Positions 24,063-31,666 of a stretch of 39,099 bases of DNA are shown in pieces. The notes beneath the pieces were generated by a model, which was not told the DNA's origin, made no database searches, and worked only from the letters and a program-made list of their open reading frames with translations. The translations under genes were made by a program, and so were the position numbers. The stretch comes from Mycobacteriales bacterium (GTDB lineage: Bacteria; Actinomycetota; Actinomycetes; Mycobacteriales; CADCTP01): NCBI GenBank assembly GCA_035474175.1, contig DATINN010000160.1:1-39099 (forward strand), given 5' to 3'. Positions within the stretch are counted from its first letter, which is position 1. Every line of letters starts with the position of its first letter.

Positions 24063-26993
24063 TTGTCTGGAAAGCGCTTCGTGTCCGCGGTCGCTGCGGC
24101 CGCCGTCACCCTCGCGGGCGTCACCGCCGCCTCGCTGTCGTTGTTCGTCGACCACGCCGGTGCCGTGAGCACCCAGCAGCCGAGCCTGGTCAGCGCCGTG
24201 CCGATGGCCGGCACGCCGAACATCACCGACGGCACGGTCCGCACGTTCGTGCAGGTCGGCAACAAGGTGTTCGTCGGCGGCAGCTTCACCTCGGCCACCC
24301 CGTCCGGCTCCGCCACCGCGGTCCCGCGGACGTACGTGCTGGCGGTCGACGCGGCCACCGGAGCCCTGGACACCGGGTTCGCCCCGACCCTCGACGGTGA
24401 GGTCGACGCCCTGCTGCCCGGGCCGACGCCCGGCAGCGTCTACCTCGGCGGCGCGTTCAACAACGTCAACGGCGTGAAGAGCAAGAGCCTGGCGCTGCTG
24501 GACGTCAACACCGGCCTGGCCGTGTCCGGCTTCAAGGCCCCGCCGATGAACGGCGTGATCAACGACCTGGCCATGGCCCAGGGCCGGCTGGTCCTGGCCG
24601 GCACGTTCACCACGCTCAACGTGAGCTCCCGGCCCGGCCTGGGCGCGCTCGCCCCGACCACCGGCGTGATCGACCCGAGCTTCATGACGATCGCGGTCGC
24701 CGGTCACCACAACTACCCGCACTTCAACTCGTCCGGGCGGCCGATCGGCGCGCAGGCCGCGGTCGGCGTCTCCAAGATCGACGTCACCCCGGACGGCAGC
24801 CGCATGGTGATGATCGGCAACTTCCTGACCGCGGCCGGCCTGGACCGCGACCAGATCGCGATGGTCAACCTGACCAGCACGACCGCGACGGTCGACCCCA
24901 ACTGGCGGACCGCGCGCTACACCGACGACTGCATCTTCAACGCGTACGACTCCTACATCCGCGACGTCGACTTCTCCGGTGACGGGGCCTACTTCGTCGT
25001 CGTCGCGACCGGCGGCCCGGCCGCCGGCTCGCTCTGCGACACCGCGGCCCGCTGGGAGACCAACGCCACCGGCACCGCGGTCCAGCCGACCTGGGTCGAC
25101 TTCACCGGCGGCGACACCCTGCTGTCCGTCGCGATCACCGGCACGGCCGTGTACGTGGGCGGTCACGAGCGCTGGATGAACAACTCCAACGGCCGCGACT
25201 CGGCCGGCGCCGGCGCGGTGCCGCGCCCGGGCGTGGCCGCGCTCGACCCGATCAACGGCATGCCGTTCTCCTGGAACCCGGGGCGCAACCCCCGCGGCGC
25301 CGGTGCCTACGCGGTCTACGCCAGCCCGACCGGCCTGTGGGTCGGCAGCGACACCGACTTCATCGGCGACTTCGCCTTCAAGCGCGGCAAGATGGCGTTC
25401 TTCCCGCTGGCCGGCGGGACCGCGGTCGGGCCCAACAGCACCGGCCGGCTGCCCGGCAACGTCATCGTCGGCTCGCCGGCGGCGGCCCCGACGACCGCGG
25501 TGTCCCTGGCGTACGACGGGACCACGGTGGGGGCGCCGGCGACGCTGCCGAGCAGCGGGCTGGACTGGAGCACGGTCCGGGGCGCGGTCATGGTCGACGG
25601 CAAGGTGTTCTACGGCTCGGCCACCGACAGCAACCTCTACTGGCGGACCTTCGACGGGACCACGCTGGGGGCGGCGAACCTGGTCGACCCGTACAACGAC
25701 CCGGCCTGGGCCACGGTGGACACCGGCTCGGGGCAGACGTACGTCGGCCGGAAGTCCGGGTTCTACGCGGAGATCCCGAGCGTGACGTCGGAGTTCTACA
25801 GCGGTGGCCGGCTCTACTACACGCTGTCCGGGCAGACGGCGATGTTCTACCGCTACTTCACGCCGCAGAGCGGGATCCTCGGCGCCGACCGGTTCACGGT
25901 CGCCGGCACCAGCAACTGGAGCGACACCGGCGGTATGTTCCTGAACGGCACCAACCTCTACCTCACCTCCCGCACCACCGGGACGCTGCGCCGGATCAGC
26001 TTCTCCGGCGGGGTGTTCGGGACGGCGTCGACGACGGTCAGCGGGCCGGCCGTGGACGGCCGGGACTGGCGCGGCAAGGCCGTGTTCCTGTCCACCGTCG
26101 GGCCCAACGCGGCGCCGCTGGCGGCCTTCACGACCAGCTGCGGCGGGTTGAGCTGCACCGTCGACGGCACCTCGTCCTCCGACCCGGACGGCACGGTCAC
26201 CTCCTACGCCTGGAACTTCGGGGACGGCACGAGCGGGACCGGGGCCACGGCCACCCACGCGTACGGGGCGGCCGGGACGTACTCGATCACGCTGACCGTG
26301 ACCGACAACCGGGGCGGGACCAACGCGACCACCCGGTCCGTCACGGTCTCGGTGCCGACGACGGCGATCGCGTTCCGCGGCGCGGCCAACAGCAACGTCA
26401 ACGCGACCACGGCGGCGGTCACCGTGCCGGCGGCCGTGCGGGCCGGTGACGCGCTGGTGCTGACCGCGACGGTCAACTCCGACACCGTGACGGTGAGCGA
26501 CCCGGCCGGGTGGGCCCGGCTGGACCGGGCCAGCACGACCGGGATCCAGACTCTCGTGTGGAGCAAGGTCGCCGCCGCGTCCGACGCGTCCTCGGCGCCG
26601 AGCATCACGCTCGGCGGGACGGTGAAGACGTCGCTGACCGTGGCGGCGTGGTCGGGGACGGCCGCGAGCGTGCCGGTGGCGTCGTTCGCACACGGCGTCG
26701 ACACGGTGACGACGGCGTCGCACACGACGCCGGCCGCGACCGTGGTCACGCCGGGCAGCTGGGTCGTGTCGTACTGGGCGGACAAGTCCTCGAGCACGAC
26801 GGCGTGGACGGCTCCGGCCGGTCAGACCGTGCGCAACGTGTCGCTCGGCACCGCGGCCGGCCGCGTGACGTCGCTGCTCACCGACGCCGGGGCGCCGACC
26901 GCGCCCGGGGCGGCCGGCGGGCTGACGGCGACCACCGACGTCGCCGGCACCAAGGCGACGACGCTGACGCTGGTGCTCGCACCGGCCTCCTGA
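24063..26993 (+). CDS. Large secreted protein, paralog 1: beta-propeller (delta-60/DUF5122-like repeats), second repeat module, PKD domain, unknown C-terminal domain
   Basis: The likely start is TTG 24063 after GGGGGAA, giving (M)SGKRFVSAVAAAAVTLAGVTAASLSLFVDHAGA as a signal peptide; GTG 24081 and the track start 23961 are alternatives. Repeats: VFVGGSFTS.../VYLGGAFNNVNGVKSKSLALLDVNTG.../LVLAGTFTTLN. PKD: CTVDGTSSSDPDGTVTSYAWNFGDGTSGTGATATHAYGAAGTYSITLTVTDNRGG. The C-terminus ends in LVLAPAS. Confidence 0.85.
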   Translation: MSGKRFVSAVAAAAVTLAGVTAASLSLFVDHAGAVSTQQPSLVSAVPMAGTPNITDGTVRTFVQVGNKVFVGGSFTSATPSGSATAVPRTYVLAVDAATGALDTGFAPTLDGEVDALLPGPTPGSVYLGGAFNNVNGVKSKSLALLDVNTGLAVSGFKAPPMNGVINDLAMAQGRLVLAGTFTTLNVSSRPGLGALAPTTGVIDPSFMTIAVAGHHNYPHFNSSGRPIGAQAAVGVSKIDVTPDGSRMVMIGNFLTAAGLDRDQIAMVNLTSTTATVDPNWRTARYTDDCIFNAYDSYIRDVDFSGDGAYFVVVATGGPAAGSLCDTAARWETNATGTAVQPTWVDFTGGDTLLSVAITGTAVYVGGHERWMNNSNGRDSAGAGAVPRPGVAALDPINGMPFSWNPGRNPRGAGAYAVYASPTGLWVGSDTDFIGDFAFKRGKMAFFPLAGGTAVGPNSTGRLPGNVIVGSPAAAPTTAVSLAYDGTTVGAPATLPSSGLDWSTVRGAVMVDGKVFYGSATDSNLYWRTFDGTTLGAANLVDPYNDPAWATVDTGSGQTYVGRKSGFYAEIPSVTSEFYSGGRLYYTLSGQTAMFYRYFTPQSGILGADRFTVAGTSNWSDTGGMFLNGTNLYLTSRTTGTLRRISFSGGVFGTASTTVSGPAVDGRDWRGKAVFLSTVGPNAAPLAAFTTSCGGLSCTVDGTSSSDPDGTVTSYAWNFGDGTSGTGATATHAYGAAGTYSITLTVTDNRGGTNATTRSVTVSVPTTAIAFRGAANSNVNATTAAVTVPAAVRAGDALVLTATVNSDTVTVSDPAGWARLDRASTTGIQTLVWSKVAAASDASSAPSITLGGTVKTSLTVAAWSGTAASVPVASFAHGVDTVTTASHTTPAATVVTPGSWVVSYWADKSSSTTAWTAPAGQTVRNVSLGTAAGRVTSLLTDAGAPTAPGAAGGLTATTDVAGTKATTLTLVLAPAS

Positions 26994-27014
26994 CCGACGC
27001 ACCGCACACGACGA

Positions 27015-27040
27015 GGGCCCGGCGCAGACGCGCCGGGCCC
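27015..27040 (+). terminator. Hairpin gggcccggcgc-agac-gcgccgggccc downstream of paralog 1
   Basis: A perfect 11-bp stem with a 4-nt loop, 22 nt after the TGA at 26991-26993. There is no clear U-tract, which is common in high-GC actinomycetes. Confidence 0.6.
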
Positions 27041-27141
27041 GCGCCGTCTGTGACTTCTGCCGGCTCCCGCCCGGTCCCGACCCGGGTGCGTGGTGCGAGC
27101 CGGGAGAGCCGGTGCGGGAGCACCGGCCCTTCGTCGATACC

Positions 27142-27164
27142 GTCCGGCGCCGTGGGCGCCGGAC
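27142..27164 (-). terminator. Hairpin gtccggcgcc-gtg-ggcgccggac just downstream of the minus-strand sulfotransferase stop
   Basis: A perfect 10-bp stem with a 3-nt loop, 4 nt from the stop at 27169-27171. Confidence 0.5.
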
Positions 27165-27168
27165 GACC

Positions 27169-28038
27169 TCAGGTGCGCCAGGTCGGGGGGTGACCGAGCC
27201 AGGACTCGAGCTCGGCGTCAGAAGCGGCGAGCTGGTCCTCCAGGGCGGCGCGCAGCGACTCCGGCATCGGCGATCGCGGCCGGGCGTTGTGCTTCTCGAA
27301 CGAGATCCCGGGCGCGGTCCCGATCCCGAGGAAGTCGGTGACCGCCGCGAACACCGGCTCCGGGTCGGTGAAGAAGCGCTGGCTGTCGACCACGTGCATC
27401 CGGTCCCGCCCGAAGATCCCCTCCAGCCGGGCCAGCTGCTCCGCGTACCGCCCGCGGGTGATGTAGGCGTGGTGCTGGTGCGAGTGCGACTGGTACGCCG
27501 GGTCGGCGATCAGCTTCGCCTCCTCGCCGGCCAGCCGCACCGGCTCCAGCTCCAGCGCCTTCTCGAACGGCTCGGTCTCGAAGCCGCGCGCGGTCTCGTG
27601 GGTGTGGGCCGAGTACGCCCGCTCGACCGGGTCGCGCAGCAGCACCAGCAGCCGCACCCCGGGCAGGTCGGCCGCGATCCGCCGCCCGGCCAGCGGGTGG
27701 AACATGTAGTACGGGCTGGACTCGCCGGTGATCGGCAGCTGCCCGTCCACCGCCGCCCGCCGGGCCGAGGCCAGCAGCGGGAAGTGCCCGCGATACCAGG
27801 CCGGCCCGTGCCCGTAGCCGGTGTCGAAGTAGTGCGCGCCCTTGTGCAGCACGGCCGGCAGCACCCGCGGGTGCTGGGCCAGCGTCTTGTACATCGACGT
27901 CGTCCCGCACCGCTGCGCCCCGACGATCAGGAACGACGGCGTCATCCGGGCCGAGGCGGTGACCCGCCCGGTCGCCCGGGCCGCCGCCCGCGCCAGCTCC
28001 TGCAGCCCGGGCCGGGCCTTGATCTGTTCCTTGAGCAC
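27169..28038 (-). CDS. Sulfotransferase, Sulfotransfer_1 type (resembles the heparan-sulfate 3-O/N-sulfotransferase family)
   Basis: This is the C-terminal part of track ORF 27169..28410. GTG 28038-28036 is preceded by GGGGGAGGAA. SFLIVGAQRCGTTSMYKTLAQHPRV (5'-PSB), HYFDTGYGHGPAWYRGHFP, ITGESSPYY (candidate catalytic Glu), VRLLVLLRDPVERAYSAHTH (3'-PB), MHVVDSQRFFTDPEPVFAAVTDFLGI. Confidence 0.88.
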   Translation of the reverse strand: MLKEQIKARPGLQELARAAARATGRVTASARMTPSFLIVGAQRCGTTSMYKTLAQHPRVLPAVLHKGAHYFDTGYGHGPAWYRGHFPLLASARRAAVDGQLPITGESSPYYMFHPLAGRRIAADLPGVRLLVLLRDPVERAYSAHTHETARGFETEPFEKALELEPVRLAGEEAKLIADPAYQSHSHQHHAYITRGRYAEQLARLEGIFGRDRMHVVDSQRFFTDPEPVFAAVTDFLGIGTAPGISFEKHNARPRSPMPESLRAALEDQLAASDAELESWLGHPPTWRT

Positions 28039-28061
28039 GAGCTCGATTCCTCCCCCTCGGT

Positions 28062-29252
28062 TCAGCGCGCCGCGACCGGGACGGCCGCCCGGGCGGCGGC
28101 CAGTACCCCTTCGGTCATCGCGCGCCAGTCGCCCCACCGGGTCTGACCGTCGCCGATGTAGCGGGTCAGGATCTCCACCAGGTAGAGCACGGCCACGGTC
28201 GCCGCGGACTCCGCCGGCACCCCCACCGGCCCCAGCACCCCGGGCGCCCGCCGGACCGAGTCCGCGAGCATCATTCCGGCCGCGCCGGCGTCGGCCGGCA
28301 ACCGCGGCTGCAGGTCGTAGTGCAGCGGGTCGAAGCCGACCGGCACCCCGGCGCCGAAGCGCTCCCAGTCCCAGGCCAGCACCGTGCCCTCGACCACCGC
28401 GGTGTTCCACGGCGTCCAGTCACCGTGCCAGGACCCGATCCGGAGGTCGGCGCCGGCCAGCGCGTCCAGCGCCGCGGCCAGCCGGTCCCGGTCGGCGCCC
28501 GGCGGCAGCGCGGCCACCCGGGCCCGCAGCCCCGTCCCGTACGGGCCGTCGAGGGGCTGGGTCGAGATCCCGCCCACGGCCGCGACCTCGGCGGTGGCCG
28601 CGACCAGCCGCCCGTCGGCCGGACGCCGGGGCTGGCGGACCGGCAGCGGCGACTGGACCAGGATCTCCAGCCCGCGCCAGGACCCGCCGGAGAGCACCTT
28701 GGGCACGGTCACCCGGGTCAGCCCGGCCCCGGCCAGCGTCCGCAGCGCCGCGGCCTCGCCGGCGACCAGCCGGCCGGTCAGCACGGTGGTGGCGACCTTG
28801 GCGTAGCCGAGCGTCCCGCCGTCCGCGCCGAGCAGCTGCAGCACCGGCTTGCGGTTGGCCCGGGCCGGCCCCAGGTGCAGGCTGACCAGCACCGGCCGGC
28901 CCAGCTCGCGGGAGAGGTGGTCCTCGATCGTGTCGCCCGCGCCGCCGACCTCGAGCCGGTCGCGCAGCAGCCGGTCGCCGGCCCCGGCGGTCAGCGCGGC
29001 CGCGGCCAGCCGGACCGCGGCCCGCCGGGCGGCCGAGGACTGCTCGCCGTAGCCGCGCACCGCGCCGCCGGCCGCGCGCCGGGTCCGCCGCGGCACCAGC
29101 AGCCGGGGGTGCTCCAGCGACGGCAGGATCAGGTACGACCGGCGGGCGCCGGCGTGCCGGGCCCGGCCGAGCGTGGCCGTGGCCGGCGCCGGCCACAGCA
29201 GCGGCACCAGCTCCCGCAGCCACGCCACCCGCTCGTCGCCGCCGGGGGTCAC
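28062..29252 (-). CDS. Phosphotransferase of the APH/choline-kinase/protein-kinase-like fold (putative glycan or sugar kinase)
   Basis: This is the C-terminal part of track ORF 28062..30575. GTG 29252-29250 overlaps the Wzy stop as GTGA (29249-29252), with GGAGG upstream. Brenner-type motif: IGSWHGDWTPWNTAVVEGTVLAWDWERFGAGVPVGFDPLHY (HGDxxxxN ... DWE ... D). Confidence 0.78.
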   Translation of the reverse strand: MTPGGDERVAWLRELVPLLWPAPATATLGRARHAGARRSYLILPSLEHPRLLVPRRTRRAAGGAVRGYGEQSSAARRAAVRLAAAALTAGAGDRLLRDRLEVGGAGDTIEDHLSRELGRPVLVSLHLGPARANRKPVLQLLGADGGTLGYAKVATTVLTGRLVAGEAAALRTLAGAGLTRVTVPKVLSGGSWRGLEILVQSPLPVRQPRRPADGRLVAATAEVAAVGGISTQPLDGPYGTGLRARVAALPPGADRDRLAAALDALAGADLRIGSWHGDWTPWNTAVVEGTVLAWDWERFGAGVPVGFDPLHYDLQPRLPADAGAAGMMLADSVRRAPGVLGPVGVPAESAATVAVLYLVEILTRYIGDGQTRWGDWRAMTEGVLAAARAAVPVAAR

Positions 29253-30661
29253 GGGCTCACCTCCGGGTGCTTCTGCCGCCACAGCAGCCCGACCGCGATC
29301 ATCTGCAGCGCCAGCGGCCAGCTGGTGGCCGAGTAGACGAACATGAACCACATCGAGACCAGGATCGTCGCCTGCGCGCCCATCCCGATGGCGGTGCGCT
29401 GCCCGCGGTAGAACCAGAGCACGGCCAGGAAGAAGCCGATGTAGAGCGACACCCCGAGGAAGCCCTGGGCGAAGACGGTCAGCCAGAACTGCCCGGTGCT
29501 GCCGATGTCGGCGTTGCCGCAGGTGTTGCAGGACGCCGACGAGCCGACGGCGATGGACTGGGAGCTGCCGATGACCTCGCGGGTGGTGCCCCAGCCGACG
29601 ATCGGCGACTCCTTCGCGCCCTGGATGGCGGCGTGCGCGAGGTTGGACCGGATGTCGTTGCTGTGCCCGTGGGCCAGCCGCTCCTGGACCACCGTCGCCA
29701 GTGGGGAGGCCAGGAAGACGACGGCCAGCGTGGACGCGGCGGCGGCCAGCCCGATCACCGTGGCCACCCGGCCGCTCATCGCCAGCCGGACCGCCAGCAG
29801 CAGCAGGGCCAGGCCGATGCCGACCCACAGCCCGCGGTTGAGCGACTGCACGATCGGGACCAGCGCGACCGCGAGCAGCGCGACGGCGAGCAGCCGGCCC
29901 CGGGCCCGGGCCAGCACCGCCCACACCACCAGCCAGATCAGCAGCAGGCCGAGGACGTTGCCCCAGGTGTTGGTGTATTCGAACGGCGCCTTCGGCCGGG
30001 GCGAGGTGAACCCGAGCACGTCCTGGTTCTGCGCCGCCCCCGGGTGCACCAGCACCCGGACGTACGCGTTGGAGCGCAGCCCCTGCGGCAGCACCATCTC
30101 CAGCGGCGAGGTGAAGTTGAAGCCGGGCGCGAGCAGGCCGAGCAGGCCGCCCGCGACGGTCACCGCGAACAGCGTGGTCAGGCAGCCGACGATGCGCCGG
30201 TCGGTCAGCCCGCGGCCGCGGCTGTTGATGACGTACAGGGCGAGCACGGCGGCGGCGGCGTAGTTGAGCCAGCGCAGGCTGAACGCGATGAGCTGGCTGG
30301 CGGCCCCGTGCGGCAGCGTGTCCGGCGCGGTCCGGCCGAGCATCAGCCCGCTGACGATGACCGCCAGCAGGAAGCACAGCCACAGCCCGAACCCGCGCGG
30401 CACCGCCAGCCGCTCCATCCGGCGCAGCTGCCACGCCATCGGCACGGCGAAGACGATCACCGCGAAGCTGCCGAGGCCGAGCGCCCACCAGACCGGGAAG
30501 AACGCGACCAGCGCGGTGAACGGCCAGTGCCCGGGCAGCACGGCGCCGCCCCGGCGCAGCGCCCGCGACAGCCACGGGCCGGTGCGGGTGACGTCCTGCG
30601 AGCTGGTGTGGCCCGGGGTCGGGTGCCGCCGGAGCGCGGGCGGGTCGAGCGTGCTGGTCAT
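29249..30661 (-). CDS. wzy: O-antigen ligase/polymerase family membrane protein (Wzy-like)
   Basis: ATG 30661-30659. It has more than 10 TM helices. The Wzy_C-like core is ALVPIVQSLNRGLWVGIGLALLLLAV, and a large extracytoplasmic loop carries AHGHSNDIRSNLAHAAI. Confidence 0.83.
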   Translation of the reverse strand: MTSTLDPPALRRHPTPGHTSSQDVTRTGPWLSRALRRGGAVLPGHWPFTALVAFFPVWWALGLGSFAVIVFAVPMAWQLRRMERLAVPRGFGLWLCFLLAVIVSGLMLGRTAPDTLPHGAASQLIAFSLRWLNYAAAAVLALYVINSRGRGLTDRRIVGCLTTLFAVTVAGGLLGLLAPGFNFTSPLEMVLPQGLRSNAYVRVLVHPGAAQNQDVLGFTSPRPKAPFEYTNTWGNVLGLLLIWLVVWAVLARARGRLLAVALLAVALVPIVQSLNRGLWVGIGLALLLLAVRLAMSGRVATVIGLAAAASTLAVVFLASPLATVVQERLAHGHSNDIRSNLAHAAIQGAKESPIVGWGTTREVIGSSQSIAVGSSASCNTCGNADIGSTGQFWLTVFAQGFLGVSLYIGFFLAVLWFYRGQRTAIGMGAQATILVSMWFMFVYSATSWPLALQMIAVGLLWRQKHPEVSP

Positions 30662-30665
30662 GGCG

Positions 30666-31661
30666 TCACCCCGTGGCGATCTTCGAGCCCGGGGGCAGCA
30701 GCAGGATCCAGGTCGGGCCGGCCGCGAACCGCAGCGGCACGCTGGCCGCGTCGACGTAGCCGGTCACCGCGGTGGCCGAGCGCTTGTACCAGGTGCAGGG
30801 CGTGACCGTGCCGCCGGAGACGGCGGTGCAGGCGCCGCGGCCGAGCACCCGGGCGCTCTGCGCGATGCGGTCCGGGTCCCGCAGCTTGACCTGCTTGTAC
30901 GGCACGGTCTGCAGGATCAGGTTGGCCACCGACACGCCGGGCGACCCGGCCCGGGACCAGCGCTTGCCGGTGGCCGAGTACGTCCACGTCTCCGCGGCCG
31001 AGCCGGGCGGGGTCACGGTGATCTTCGCCGCCTTGCCCAGGTGGCTGGTGCTGAACCGGTCCCCGGCCGCCGCGACCGGCAGCACCGCGGGCGGCGGCTT
31101 GGCCCCGGCCGGCGCGGCCGCGAGCACGGCCGCGGTCGAGGTGGTCCGCCCGGTCGCCCCGTAGGTGAACGCGGCCGCCGAGGTGACCTGGGTGACCTCG
31201 GCCGCGCGGAGCAGGCCCTCGGTGCCGCTGGCGCCGCCGACGTTCGCGTAGAGCGGGCGCAGGCTCGGCAGCACGAACGGGTCGGCCGGGCGCACCTGCC
31301 CGACCGGACCGATCTGGGCCACGTCCCGGGACTGGAACACCGCCAGCGCCCGGGCCAGGCCGGCCGTCTCCCACTCCTGGTAGACGAGGTCAGCCTGCTC
31401 CAGGCCGACACCGCCGCTGACCGGCAGCCGGACCGCGATCGCGGGCCGCGCGGCCACCGCCGCCGACACCGGCAGCCCGGTGAGCGGCGCGACCGGGCCG
31501 GCTGCCGCCGGGGTGGTCGCGGTGGCCGCGGGCGTGGTCGTCGCCGCGGCCGGGGCGGTGCTGTCGGCCTGCAGGCTGGCCGGCGGGGCACCGCCGCACC
31601 CCGCGAGGAGCAGGGCGGCGCCGAGCGGGAGGACCAGCCGCAGTGTCGTCGCTCGCGTCAC
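30666..31661 (-). CDS. DUF3048-family lipoprotein
   Basis: GTG 31661-31659. The lipobox is LLLAGC in (M)TRATTLRLVLPLGAALLLAGCGG. An Ala/Thr/Pro linker follows, then PLTGLPVSAAVAARPAIAVRL...GLEQADLVYQEWETAGLARALAVFQSRDVAQIGPVGQVRPAD, matching the DUF3048 N-terminal pattern. Confidence 0.82.
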   Translation of the reverse strand: MTRATTLRLVLPLGAALLLAGCGGAPPASLQADSTAPAAATTTPAATATTPAAAGPVAPLTGLPVSAAVAARPAIAVRLPVSGGVGLEQADLVYQEWETAGLARALAVFQSRDVAQIGPVGQVRPADPFVLPSLRPLYANVGGASGTEGLLRAAEVTQVTSAAAFTYGATGRTTSTAAVLAAAPAGAKPPPAVLPVAAAGDRFSTSHLGKAAKITVTPPGSAAETWTYSATGKRWSRAGSPGVSVANLILQTVPYKQVKLRDPDRIAQSARVLGRGACTAVSGGTVTPCTWYKRSATAVTGYVDAASVPLRFAAGPTWILLLPPGSKIATG

Positions 31662-31666
31662 CGGTC

